Shown: positions 15,001 to 24,434 of the stretch, one piece after another
Position numbering within the stretch: position 1 is the first letter of the stretch
How the letters are laid out: the number at the start of each line of letters is the position of its first letter
Source of the DNA: Ascidiella aspersa
Lineage: Eukaryota
Assembly (NCBI GenBank): GCA_963924565.1
Contig: OZ004612.1
Location: 26,288,001-26,352,000 of the forward strand
Reading direction: 5' to 3'
DNA: 64,000 nt
Made by a program: the position numbers and the translations under genes
The notes under the pieces: generated by a model
What the model was told of the DNA's origin: nothing
The model's database searches: none
What the model saw: only the letters and a program-made list of their open reading frames with translations

Positions 15001-18000
15001 TAGTAAATAACTGAATTAGTGTGAGTTCTATTTTATTCGATCCTATAGCGCTTATGTTCTACCTTAGTCAAAATATTTGCCTGATTCGCAAAGTACTAAG
15101 AAACGTAACTACAATATGCCCCTTACAATAATTTAGGCCTACTTAAAATTCTATTAAACAATAAACAATGATAAAATACTTTTGCATTATAACATTTTTG
15201 GTTATGCCATAAATGCCTTTAAACCTGTCAATACAGCAACAATAACATTGCAAAAAATAACTTGCACTATATAGACAATATTCGTGTGACCTCACAAGCT
15301 AGTTATCGTATATTGGCGAGATGGATATCGTGGTAACCGGCGCCTATGAAATGCACGAGCACTGCGATAATGAGTGATCAAAAGACTTAAGTCAAGTCAA
15401 GTCGTTTGATCAAAAGACTTAAGTCAAGTCAAGTCACTTTGCCAAGAAGACTTAACTTCACATAAGTCACAATAGTCAAATTATTTGACTTGAATTAAGT
15501 CGTTTGGGCAAAATGACTTGACTTGAATTAAGCTACATTTTGCTGTTGTGGCAAGTCAAGTCATTGTCAAGTCAGTGACTTAAATCATTACAACATTGAT
15601 TCCTATGTATAATTATGAACGGCTAAAATATGTTAAAGGCCGCAACAGCATTAAAATAATATTGGTTTTGTACACTCAGCAAAATTACGCTCCGAGGGTT
15701 GAAAGTCAACGTTTTGGAATCACAAACTGAAGTTCTCAGTGCTATCAATCGTTACAAAGATGCCATTAGCTGCGCCGAACATGTCACCTGGAAATACGAG
15801 GATTCATCCACTCGAAAATGGGGTCAATTCGAGCGGATGGCAAACTACGAACTCGAAAATTCCTACAAGGCGAGTTTTGAAACTTTGTGTAGGTTTTTTG
15901 TTACCAACAATACATTTTGACATCGATTGTAATTAAGGACGTGGTGCCTCTTTTTTGCCACGTTTAGTGTTAAACCGGCACACAGCAATTAGATTACATT
16001 TGCAACTTTCGGTGTCCTAATGTTTACCACGAGTTTTGCCGGAGTTACACTCGGGACTGGAGTAAGACAACGTAAAACTACACGAGTCCCGAGCCCGCCG
16101 TGCGCATGCGCATTAGCAGATTTCGGAATGGAAAAGGTCGCATGCTGTAAATTGTAAACGTGAAATAGCATATGGTGGAATACAGGCTGCAGAGTCGCAG
16201 CCGGACTCGGGACTCTACGAAATCGCACATTTAGACGGAGTCCGACTCGGGACTCGGGAGTTGGACTCGGGCTCATTTGTTTGACAACAGACGGTTATCT
16301 TTAATTGACTCCGCAGCCCTGGTCCTAATGTTTACCAACTATATATAATAACTAGACCTTTACAGGCAAATGAAAAAGGTTCCAAAACCATCACAGCTGT
16401 CGTGAAAGGTGAACAACGCACGTACAAAGTGAACTTCGACAAAATGAATCAAACTTGTTCAAACGGAGCGATTGCTAAAGTGAAGAGAGTTTTGTTTTCT
16501 AGTGGTAAGAGATGGAATATAACTTTTCCTCAAATCGGTAGTTTGACATCATCACTAAATGTGACGCCATTTCAAAGACTTTTGTGTCCCCTTTGAGCTG
16601 CCCCTGACTGTATGCCGCGCGACGTGAAAATATGGTTGATTACAAAGTTAAAATGTAATTCACTTAAGTACAATCGACTTAAAAAACTCGACTTAGAAAC
16701 GAGACCTGTTTGGCATCCAAATGGGTCAAAATATGAGACATTTAAAACGGAGGCTGTGTAAGTCGAACGTTTATTTTTTCGTCTGCAGTTTTGATATAGC
16801 GCAGTTAATCTGTTGTGTTTTAAGTCCTTCCAGACGACTGGGAACATATGGAAGACCAAGCTTTAAGGAAAGTTGAGCTTTCGCCAAAATCACCGGAGTA
16901 TCAAAATGTTTTGACACAGTTTCAACAAACACTTAAAATCAATGTTATCAAGGCAAGATATTAGTCATCTTGATATTGAATCTCTAACGAATTAATGTCG
17001 AGTAAATCGACAAGATCTTGGTAAAAACGTTTCGATATACTTGTATCATCGTCGGTTATTGTCATAACCTATTGAAACGTCTTTATGAAGATGATGTCCA
17101 TGTAATTGACCTTTTTGATTTTGTGATTCATTATCAAGCTGCAATATAGATCCGTCCATAGTCTACCTATATAATTTTTCATAGTTAAAGTATATTGGTG
17201 TCCATTACGGATTTCGGATACAAAAAGTTCAAGCTTTGAATACGAAAGCTGGAATATCTCCCATTTAAAGTAGTGCAACATGAGGGGCCTGTTTAGTTTC
17301 TTTTATTGAAGATGAATATAACTATCCACAATGCTTTCTTCGATACTTTCAAACTTTTAGATTCAGCGAATTCAAAACCCAACGGTTTACAAGATGTTTC
17401 ACGCACAAATGCAGGAAACTGCAGATCGCATGTCGCTCAAAAAGTCTAAAAATCCAGTAGCAAGAAAACTCTTCCATGGCACGGTCGCTGAATCGTGCGA
17501 AAAAATCTGCACAGGCAATTTCGACAGAGGATTTGCAGGCCGTAACGGTAAGTCGAGCTGTCAATCACACTAGCTGATGGGATCAGAAAATAAGGTTTTA
17601 GCCATAAATTTACAGAAGACATACGAACCTTAACCCATCATTTAGGAATAGGACTTGACTCGAGTTCGCTTATGTTATTGTTTGTAAATAATTGACTTGA
17701 CTTAAGTCGTTTGGGCAAAAAGACTTGACTTTATTCAGGTCTCATGGACAACCTACTTTAAAATAAAATGTTTTTTTATTAAGCAATTTTATAAGATTGG
17801 GTTAGTTAGTTATATTAATGTTTGCTCATAAAACAATTTACTGGTCATATGATCCGTAATGTTATTTTTTACAACTTGTTTACAACACGGCTGGCCATCG
17901 TCAATAACATCGAAACTCAAACAAGCATGTCTCGACATTTCAACTTTCGTATTGTTTGCGAATTCCAATTTGCGTTTACAAATACATACCATCTCCTGCT

Positions 18001-18937
18001 ATAGCTCACACCGAAGCACATCAAGTATTTCGTTGGGTGCATTTGCACAACACGCAAAGTTAAAATAAGAACCATAAACCTGACATAGAGATTAAATAAA
18101 TAGCAAGCATAAATGAATACCTTTACCTTAACATTCACAACTTAAGAATATGAGTGGCGTTAGTTTTCCCAGTTTTGATATTGGACATCCAAACGTTAAT
18201 ATAGGCTTACTGGAGTAAAATTTTCAGCAACTACTGATATTAACATATGTTATCCATAAAGTTGGTGTCCGAATGACAAGAATTGCGGACGCAAACGCAT
18301 TTTTGCTTAAAAGCTCAACACATTTACCAGGATTTTAACATATTATCATTATTTCCATATACTCTGTTACAAATAGAAACTGCATAACACATACAGTTTA
18401 CGGTGCATGCCTTGATCGGCACCTGACAAAGCAATGTAAACAAAACGTATACTCTTGTTTCAGTTGGAACTTATGCGTGCACAAAATTTTGTACTAAACA
18501 TTTGAGTTAAGAACACGTTAGGCAAAACGTCGCATAATCCCGTTACATTTGGCGTGAATTTAAAAAGTAAAAAACGCACGGAAAGGCAAAAAGACTGCAC
18601 TATAGGTTCAAAAATATTTGCTAACGACAATCTTTCCAGTTTAAGATATTTTATTACATTTCCAGCTACCGTGTTCGGGCACGGCGTGTACTTCGCTACG
18701 ACTGCAAGTTACTCGAACGGATACGCGACCGGAGACACCAAGCATATCTTTCTGGCTGATGTTATAACTGGAGAATACTGCCAGGGCAACAGGGAAATGC
18801 GTGTAGCCCCGGAGCAGCAGAACGGACAGCCTTTCGACAGCGTCGTTGATAACGTCACAGACCCCACCAAGTTTGTCGTCTTCAAGGACGCGAGCGTTTA
18901 CCCATCCTACCTTGTAACGTACACAACAGGGGGTTAA
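26..18937 (+). CDS. PARP14: PARP14-like macro-PARP (mono-ADP-ribosyltransferase), multi-exon, 5'-incomplete: RRM/KH-like region, 3 macrodomains, WWE, PARP catalytic domain
   Basis: Phase-consistent exons assembled by hand: 1675-1853, 2024-2235, 3337-3465, 3892-4057, 4604-4751, 5491-5705, 6642-6900, 7427-7629, 7927-8107, 8366-8516, 8764-8977, 10002-10121, 10354-10428, 11145-11246, 11341-11688, 11823-11979, 12464-12706, 13460-13654, 14063-14157, 14663-14811, 15680-15869, 16366-16504, 16825-16952, 17361-17547, 18666-18937. Upstream exons near 26-265, 360-414 and 1134-1220 are less certain. Motifs: macro (DDIT..AIVNTSN, SLAIPAISCGVFG; SIAFPCLGSGGFGFP; SLAMPAVGTG), WWE (WKYED..KWGQF..ELENSY, YKVNFDKMNQ), ART (IQRIQNP, LFHGT, FGHGVYFA, DSVVDN..YPSYLVTY). 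Orthology to PARP14 versus PARP9/15 is inferred from domain architecture only. Confidence 0.9.
430..778. mobile_element. hAT-type MITE family 1 (TIR CAGGGGTTCTTAAACT)
   Basis: Terminal inverted repeats; 8-bp TSD cctgaaat/ccttaaat; near-identical copies at 9326 and 10564. Confidence 0.85.
2325..3347 (+). repeat. Degenerate (AACTCC)n hexamer tract duplicated as two tandem units (2325-2731, 2732-3347)
   Basis: Hexamer periodicity. Both units start aattctctacttt and end ccgttttcaggtgggacctac. Confidence 0.8.
4116..4379. mobile_element. Degenerate hAT-type MITE
   Basis: CAGTAGTTCTCAAAC...GTTGGGGAAATACTG inverted termini. Confidence 0.55.
5061..5460. mobile_element. AAGTC/GACTT-rich MITE family (termini CAGTGTTGTA...TACAACACTG)
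   Basis: Repeated gacttaagtc/gacttgactt motifs. Related copies near 9850-9985, 15360-15600, 17650-17740, 19420-19650, 27758-28172, 33000-33095, 42220-42600, 44440-44810, 53895-54020 and 63832-63900. Confidence 0.7.
7927..13654 (+). CDS. Exons encoding the three tandem macrodomains of the PARP14-like gene
   Basis: Macro1: GVKLQLVIDDITQLNCEAIVNTSN...AGKLPMKQIIHTAGP...SLAIPAISCGVFG. Macro2: ITIKAGNIVEFKSDVIVTS...ILHVIL...SIAFPCLGSGGFGFP. Macro3: IQGSITSAKSDVIVNST...GAGTLPYQHIYHL...SLAMPAVGTGNIG. Confidence 0.88.
9326..9642. mobile_element. hAT-type MITE family 1
   Basis: CAGGGGTTCTTAAACT...AGTTTAAGAACCCCTG; TSD ctataaaa/ctctaaaa. Confidence 0.85.
10564..10894. mobile_element. hAT-type MITE family 1
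   Basis: CCGGGGTTCCTAAACT...AGTTTAAGAACCCCTG; TSD atataggg/ctttaggg. Confidence 0.82.
12911..13220 (+). pseudogene. Degenerate intronic copy of PARP exon 10354-10428 and its downstream intron
   Basis: caattaaaacacaattgaaataaccataacgaccggaaacattatatagtttaac aligns with 10373-10428. The donor GT has become GA. Similarity continues into sequence matching 10430-10540 and 10895-11050. Confidence 0.7.
16183..16321. mobile_element. Short MITE with GACTCGG internal repeats (TIR CAGG(G)CTGC(A/G)GAGTC)
   Basis: caggctgcagagtcg...gactccgcagccctg. Lies within a region flanked by a 16-bp direct repeat gtcctaatgtttacca (16014 and 16322). Confidence 0.55.
16825..18937 (+). CDS. PARP catalytic (ART) domain exons, stop TAA at 18935-18937
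   Basis: VLPDDWEHM..IKIQRIQNP..KLFHGT..FDRGFAGRNATVFGHGVYFA..IFLADVITGEY..FDSVVDNVTDPTKFVVFKDASVYPSYLVTY. No catalytic Glu, which is typical of mono-ARTs. Confidence 0.93.
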
Positions 18938-19838
18938 AAGTCAATTGCCCCCTGAAAGTCGTACGCCGGCAATATCTGCGTATTTCAATTTAATTGTTAG
19001 TTACCAATTTGTTTCTGGATGCCAACGCTTCAATTGAGATTGAAATTAAGTGCAATACATTAAAACCACTTACCTCTAAAATGCCTAAACGACACTAGGC
19101 TATTATATGTTTTTTTCTGGCTAACTTTGCCACATTTTATAAAATGATGTAACTTTATGGAATCCAAAACCATTGGCAGCAGGTTACTGCTTTGCGATCA
19201 CTGTTCCGCCAACGTGTATATATACCAGATTTTGTTTTGCAATGAATGATTTTGTGCAACAGTTATCCTTTATAATCTTGCAAACTTACATTGTAATGTG
19301 TGTTTTAAACAATCAGAAAAAAATTCTAATCGCCTGGCTACGGAAGATCTCGTGTACCAAAAAACTAGAAAATACGTCTGTTCGAAAGCTTGTAAATTTT
19401 ATTAAATCCATTTATTTTTTAGTTCAAATGACTTGGGTTGAAGTTAAGTGTTTTCAACATTTAATTACAAAATTTGGCAATTTATCTGGGTTTTTTCGAT
19501 AGTTTTTAGTTGAATAATTGCTTATTATAATTGAATTGGACAACTAATGACTTGGAATGGGACTTGAATACTTTTTTTATAAGTTGTTTCACAGATGACT
19601 TGACTCGGACGTAAGTCATTTCAGTATGCTCATATCTTGTTTACAAAACTGGGTGTAATAGTTTTCCAAGTTTTGAACAGTCTTAGATTTTATCTAAAAC
19701 AAACCTTCTCTAGAACTTATCAATCCAAGGTCATTTATTGGAACTCTAAATAACAAATAAGTCATATCCGAAACAACGAAGAACACGATGCTAAACTAGT
19801 TTACAGTTTCACGTTGTCGACAAACACTGGAACCAGCT

Positions 19839-22304
19839 TCAAATGTCGAAGCATATTTCCAGGTGGTGTGTAAGCAGCTTGTAATGGTGAGCGTACGAGT
19901 TGGGCAAACGGTTGAATCTGTGCCACTCATCACCAGCAAAGTAGTTGCTGAAGTCAATGTCAGCAGCTATCAGCTCCTTGGAGAGACGGGCAGAATGCTG
20001 CGAATAAAATTGACCACTGTTATTCATCAGCTTTAAATCAAGCTGTAGTTTATTTTATGAAAACAGCAGGGGATTGTGGTTGGTTACTAGTGTTTCTTCT
20101 AAGGTGCGTAACTCAGTAAACACCACGCTATTTTATTACGTTAAAGAGCCTAAATAAAAGTTTTAACAGACAAAATACGTTGAAGGGGTTATTTGTTTCG
20201 GTTGGAAGGGGTTTTATGGAGGGCTGATTTTAAACTTTATAAACGGAATATAACTCCATGTGAAAAATACGTTGCAAAGAAAATTATCATAACCAACTTG
20301 CTTGATTTAAACAAGTAGACGTAAAACTGACCCTTATACAAAACCTATTTTGGGCAAAACTTTATCTATAACTTTAGCATGTAGTAACTATCTATATTAA
20401 CTATTGGGTTTATGAAAAGATCAACAAGATAGAAATACAATAGATGTAGCAGTGTAAACCGTATATTGTACTTTAAACCTGTATGTGGACGTTTTCGTCA
20501 GATATTCCGTGAACAAGCACAAAATAATGCTTTCCGTAGTTTTCCAGTTTTTGTAAGGTTGTGGAATTGGCGTACCCCTCCTGTTTTTAAAAACGAAAAT
20601 TTTAAAAACGGAAAAACTGTTGTAAGTGCTGATATCACCTGTAGATTGAATTACGGATTGGATTATATAGTTACTTAGAGTAGTTGTTAGCACAGAGACA
20701 CTCAATATATGGATGTTTTTTAACTGGGAACCATAAGGAGGTACCGAGCTACTGCTACAATAACTGGAATGATTGTTAAAAAGGAAATGGTATTTGGTAG
20801 AGCACATTCTACTCTTATTTCTGCAATGAAACCTTAGGGTGTGTCAGGTGAAACTATAACATACGCTCAACCAGGGAAGGTTTCAAGGGGTGGCCCCATG
20901 GCCATGCCCCTCTCTCTCCCTAAAAAATGTTGGTAAATCAAAAGCATCTTTGTAATGTAGCTTTTGTATTGAAAGTAACCATTCTCCAAATTAAAAATGA
21001 ACCGACGTCACGTGGTTTTCTTAAAGTTGTTTCTTTGTTTCGACAGATTTGCGGTAGCTTTCTGACGGTACATTTTGACGTATCTTGTGACGTCACATTG
21101 TGGCGTAATTTAATAACGCCATCCATGAAAAAATGTCATATGCCCTTACAAAATGTCAAATACCATATGCCCTCTCACAAAATGTCATATGCCCTCTCAC
21201 AAATCCTAAATACGCCTATGCGCTTAAAGAATATGATTGACGTAAACTTAAACACTGCAACTTTGCGTTGCATTTACCTCGTTGTCTCCAGTAGGAAATC
21301 CCATGTACCTTTCCGTATAATGCGAAGAATAGAGAGTCCAGTCCGCTACTGGTGCAACCGCGAACCCGCATTTCAACACTTGGTCGACATCCTCACTAAT
21401 GGCGCGAGCAGTTACGTATCTGGAAATGAGTGGGATATAATGGTTAATTAAACCCAAGGTTTCAGACTTGAAATATTTTTCTATATAACAGAATCTGCCT
21501 GAAGGCTATTTGAGAAAAAGGATTTTAAAGAAAGAAAAATATTTGAGAAAGAAACACAAAAGTAATATAAGATACACAAACGTACGTGTTACAACTGTGA
21601 TCTAGCCCGTCTGGAGTCTCTTTTTGATCAACGATAATGGCTTACGTATTATAAATGGCTTGCATATTAGAAGCCATCTATGACTAACTGAATCAGGCGC
21701 TCAATTATAGAAAATAACAATAGCCTCCAGTGAGGTTCGAACTCACGACCTCCGGTCATACCAGAACCGACCCTCTACCAACTGACCTAAATAGGCTCAG
21801 AGTAACAACCATGAAGTCAATGCTTACCACATAATGTTAGTACTAGCAACAACTTCACATTGAAGGGGATAAGGGGTTGCATAACTACTGTATATTATTG
21901 CAAGTGAGCAAAACTTGTTGGTTTAAATTTTTTACTACGCACACTTTATTTCCAATTTAGTTTGTTATGCCTAACTTAAAAAACATTGTTGTTCATTTAG
22001 GGTGCAATACAAATAAATAGTAAAACAGCCATTGATATAATTATTGCATTGCAATACATCTGTACATATAATTTTAAACAGCATGGTGTGTTGCTCCTCG
22101 TGGAAGCCTTAAATATCAATCATTACTTTATACCTTCAAATATACTTTTAAGTACTGTTTTTTATCTCACCCTCCATAAGATCTTCCCCATATTGCGATC
22201 CTACTTGAATCGATGTAATCGAACTTTGTCGAGATTTGTCGTGCCGCTTCTGATTTGTCGTGCCGCTGGTCCAACGGCTCGCAATGACCAAGTTTGCGGT
22301 ACAC
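19839..22304 (-). CDS. Second DPP4-family catalytic cassette (B): four open exons carrying a complete Ser/Asp/His triad; alternative 3' end of the DPP4-like gene or a 5'-truncated tandem paralog
   Basis: Exons 22304-22171 (VYRKLGHCEPLDQ..IDSSRIAIWGRSYGG), 21419-21278 (YVTARAISEDVDQVLKCGFAVAPVADWTLYSSHYTERYMGFPTGDNE), 20580-20479 (EGYANST..VLVHGISDENVHIQ) and 19997-19839 (HSARLSKELIAADIDF..GDEWHRF..ICFDI*). All have AG/GT sites and matching phases. AATAAA on the - strand at about 19734-19739. Confidence 0.8.
21600..21796 (-). mobile_element. tRNA-derived SINE copy
   Basis: Same head (gtgaggttcgaactcacgacc...ctctaccaactga) and tail (tctagccc.tctg) as 27074-27278. Confidence 0.75.
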
Positions 22305-22559
22305 CTGTTGGAATCACACACACAATCCACTTCAAAATGATTAAAATCTTTTTTATAATCGCCTTGTCGAAAAATGACTCAAGGCCTACTTTGATAATGA
22401 ATTTGCTTCTGGGCTCACACAGATGACAAAACATGAATTGCAAAAAATCGATGTAACTGGAAGAAGTTTAACACCGGTCCGCGTTTGGGTAATCGAACAG
22501 TTTTATGCATAAATTATACAGTAGATCGCAGTGTTGTAATGACTTAAGTCAATGACTTG

Positions 22560-22705
22560 TAATGGTTGGAGGTTGTAGTTAGACGTAATAAGAATATCAA
22601 AGCCCATACAGAAGTAGGTATCATTTTTGAACGTTTCGAATAACTCTTTATTTATTTTCAACATACAAAATGATAACTACTTCTGTATGGGCTTTGATAT
22701 TCTTA
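22560..22705. repeat. Palindromic dispersed element with about 39-bp inverted arms
   Basis: Arms 22589-22627 and 22667-22705 (1 mismatch). Copies near 44075-44210, 52100-52230, 54065-54135 and 54710-54790. Confidence 0.75.
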
Positions 22706-22826
22706 AAATAAACCTTGCTTTAACTTTTTAAGTTATGCAACGAAACAACTCAAATTTCTGAATATATATGTTCACATTACTTTGTCATATGATGTAACGT
22801 AGCACTTCATTGAGTTTGAATTTTAC

Positions 22827-23509
22827 CTTTAGTTCTCCAAAGATGTCGAATCCTCGGCAGACCCTCCCCAGTGCTATTTGCCATCTCATTCCACAACTTG
22901 AGAATCCGCCAATCCGCATTTGAACACTTGGTCGACATTCTCACAAATGGATCGAGCAGTGGCATATATGAAGTGAATAATGGCTATAGTCAGTTAATTA
23001 AGTGGAAGCTTTGTCGTGGAATACTAGGGCTAATACACATTTAGAAAAACACACATCTCGCTTAGCAATGATGGGTGCACAAAGTCGATGGATGTTGAAA
23101 TGCGACATTAGACTCGATTATAGTCTCAGAAAAAACATAAGATTAGGCCTACATCAAATACTGCGCCTTTTACACGTTTGATGATAGTCGAAACAATTGT
23201 TTTCAATAATGGCTACCAAAAGTGACAATAAGTGGTGGGCCGCACGTAAACATCAGGCGGGCCGCAATGCGGCCCGCGGGACGCAGGTTGGACATCCCTG
23301 GTATGAGGTAACATAAATTAAGCACTAGTAAAAAGTCGACCACGCCATATTATATATAGCGCCTTTGTTTAGCACCGTATTTATAGGCTGAGTATAAGTA
23401 ACCCTCCATCAGGTTTCATCACTGAGTCATATCTGATCAACCCATAGCTATCTATACAAATTTCTCTTCATGTGTTATCTTACCCACCATACGATCTTCC
23501 CCAAGTATG
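22827..23509 (-). pseudogene. Relics of further DPP4-like copies: WGRSYGG fragment plus a chimeric pseudo-exon
   Basis: 23503-23484 reads TGG GGA AGA TCG TAT GGT GG|GTAAGA. 22967-~22905 reads YATARSICENVDQVFKCGLA with the acceptor mutated AG>AT. It is fused to ~22887-22827 [20 protein letters not shown]|GT, a copy of the propeller exon at 31292-31352. Confidence 0.8.
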
Positions 23510-23984
23510 CTGGACAACAATAAACCAAATTACACGTTTTTCATTTCTTTCAAAGCTTAACACTATAAGAAAAATTAAAACAAAAAAGCTTAGAATTGCA
23601 AAAATTTTTAAATTGAAAAAAGGGAATTACTTTGCAAAAAAATCCAAAACAAAAACATACGTTAAATACCAAAGCATCAAAACAATAAATATTCTATAAC
23701 AATCATATATTATAACGTCATACCGAGGCAAAATTACCTATAAATTGTTTAAGCCAGATTTTGTCCAAACAAGCGCTTTTTACAGCTTCCTTCAACTTGA
23801 AAGTACGCAAGGACTGAAATAAGTTTTGGCGAGGAGATGGTGGTACTACGTTACTATGCGCATAATTTTGTAAACGTTACGGAATCTATTAGGTACCGTA
23901 TTACACGAAACGTTCCACACATTATTTAACAAAGTGTATAGGGTGACTTTAAGTCACGAAATAATTCCATAATATACTAGCATT

Positions 23985-24405
23985 ACGATAGGTTACGAAC
24001 CGTAGTATCGTCGCGTAAAAAAGCGAAATATAACGCCACGTAAATGCAACGATACACAACAAAGTGCGACCTAACGAAGCGCAATGTAATGCAACGTATC
24101 ACAAAAAACGTTACGTAATGAAACGTAATGTAATGTAACGTAAATTGACAAAATACAACGCGACGTAGCGAAACGCAATGTAATGCAAGGTAACCCAAAA
24201 AACCTAACGGAACTTAAAATGACGTAACACAAGTTAATGTGGCCCCATAAAACGCAATGCAACGTAACGCAACGCAAATAAACGTAACATAACGTAATGT
24301 AAATAAACGTAACGTAACCTAACGTAACGCGAATAAACGTATCGTAACGTAACGGAACGCAACGTACGTAACGAAAATAAATGTAACGTAACACTTCGTA
24401 ACGTA
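23985..24405. repeat. Degenerate (AACGT)n pentamer microsatellite immediately 3' of the cassette A stop
   Basis: aacgtaacgcaacgc...aacgtaacgtaac periodicity. Confidence 0.85.
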
Positions 24406-24434
24406 TTGCCAGCGCCTCCCACCAACGAAGTTGA

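Noticed and set aside
18937-19839. Functional link between the convergent PARP14-like and DPP4-like genes
   Set aside because: Adjacency in a eukaryote is not evidence, and no UTR overlap can be shown from sequence alone.
20927-21451. 174-aa ORF on the + strand
   Set aside because: Antisense shadow of a cassette B exon plus intronic repeat; no independent coding signal.
23983-24425. Several overlapping ORFs on the - strand
   Set aside because: Artefacts of the AACGT pentamer microsatellite.
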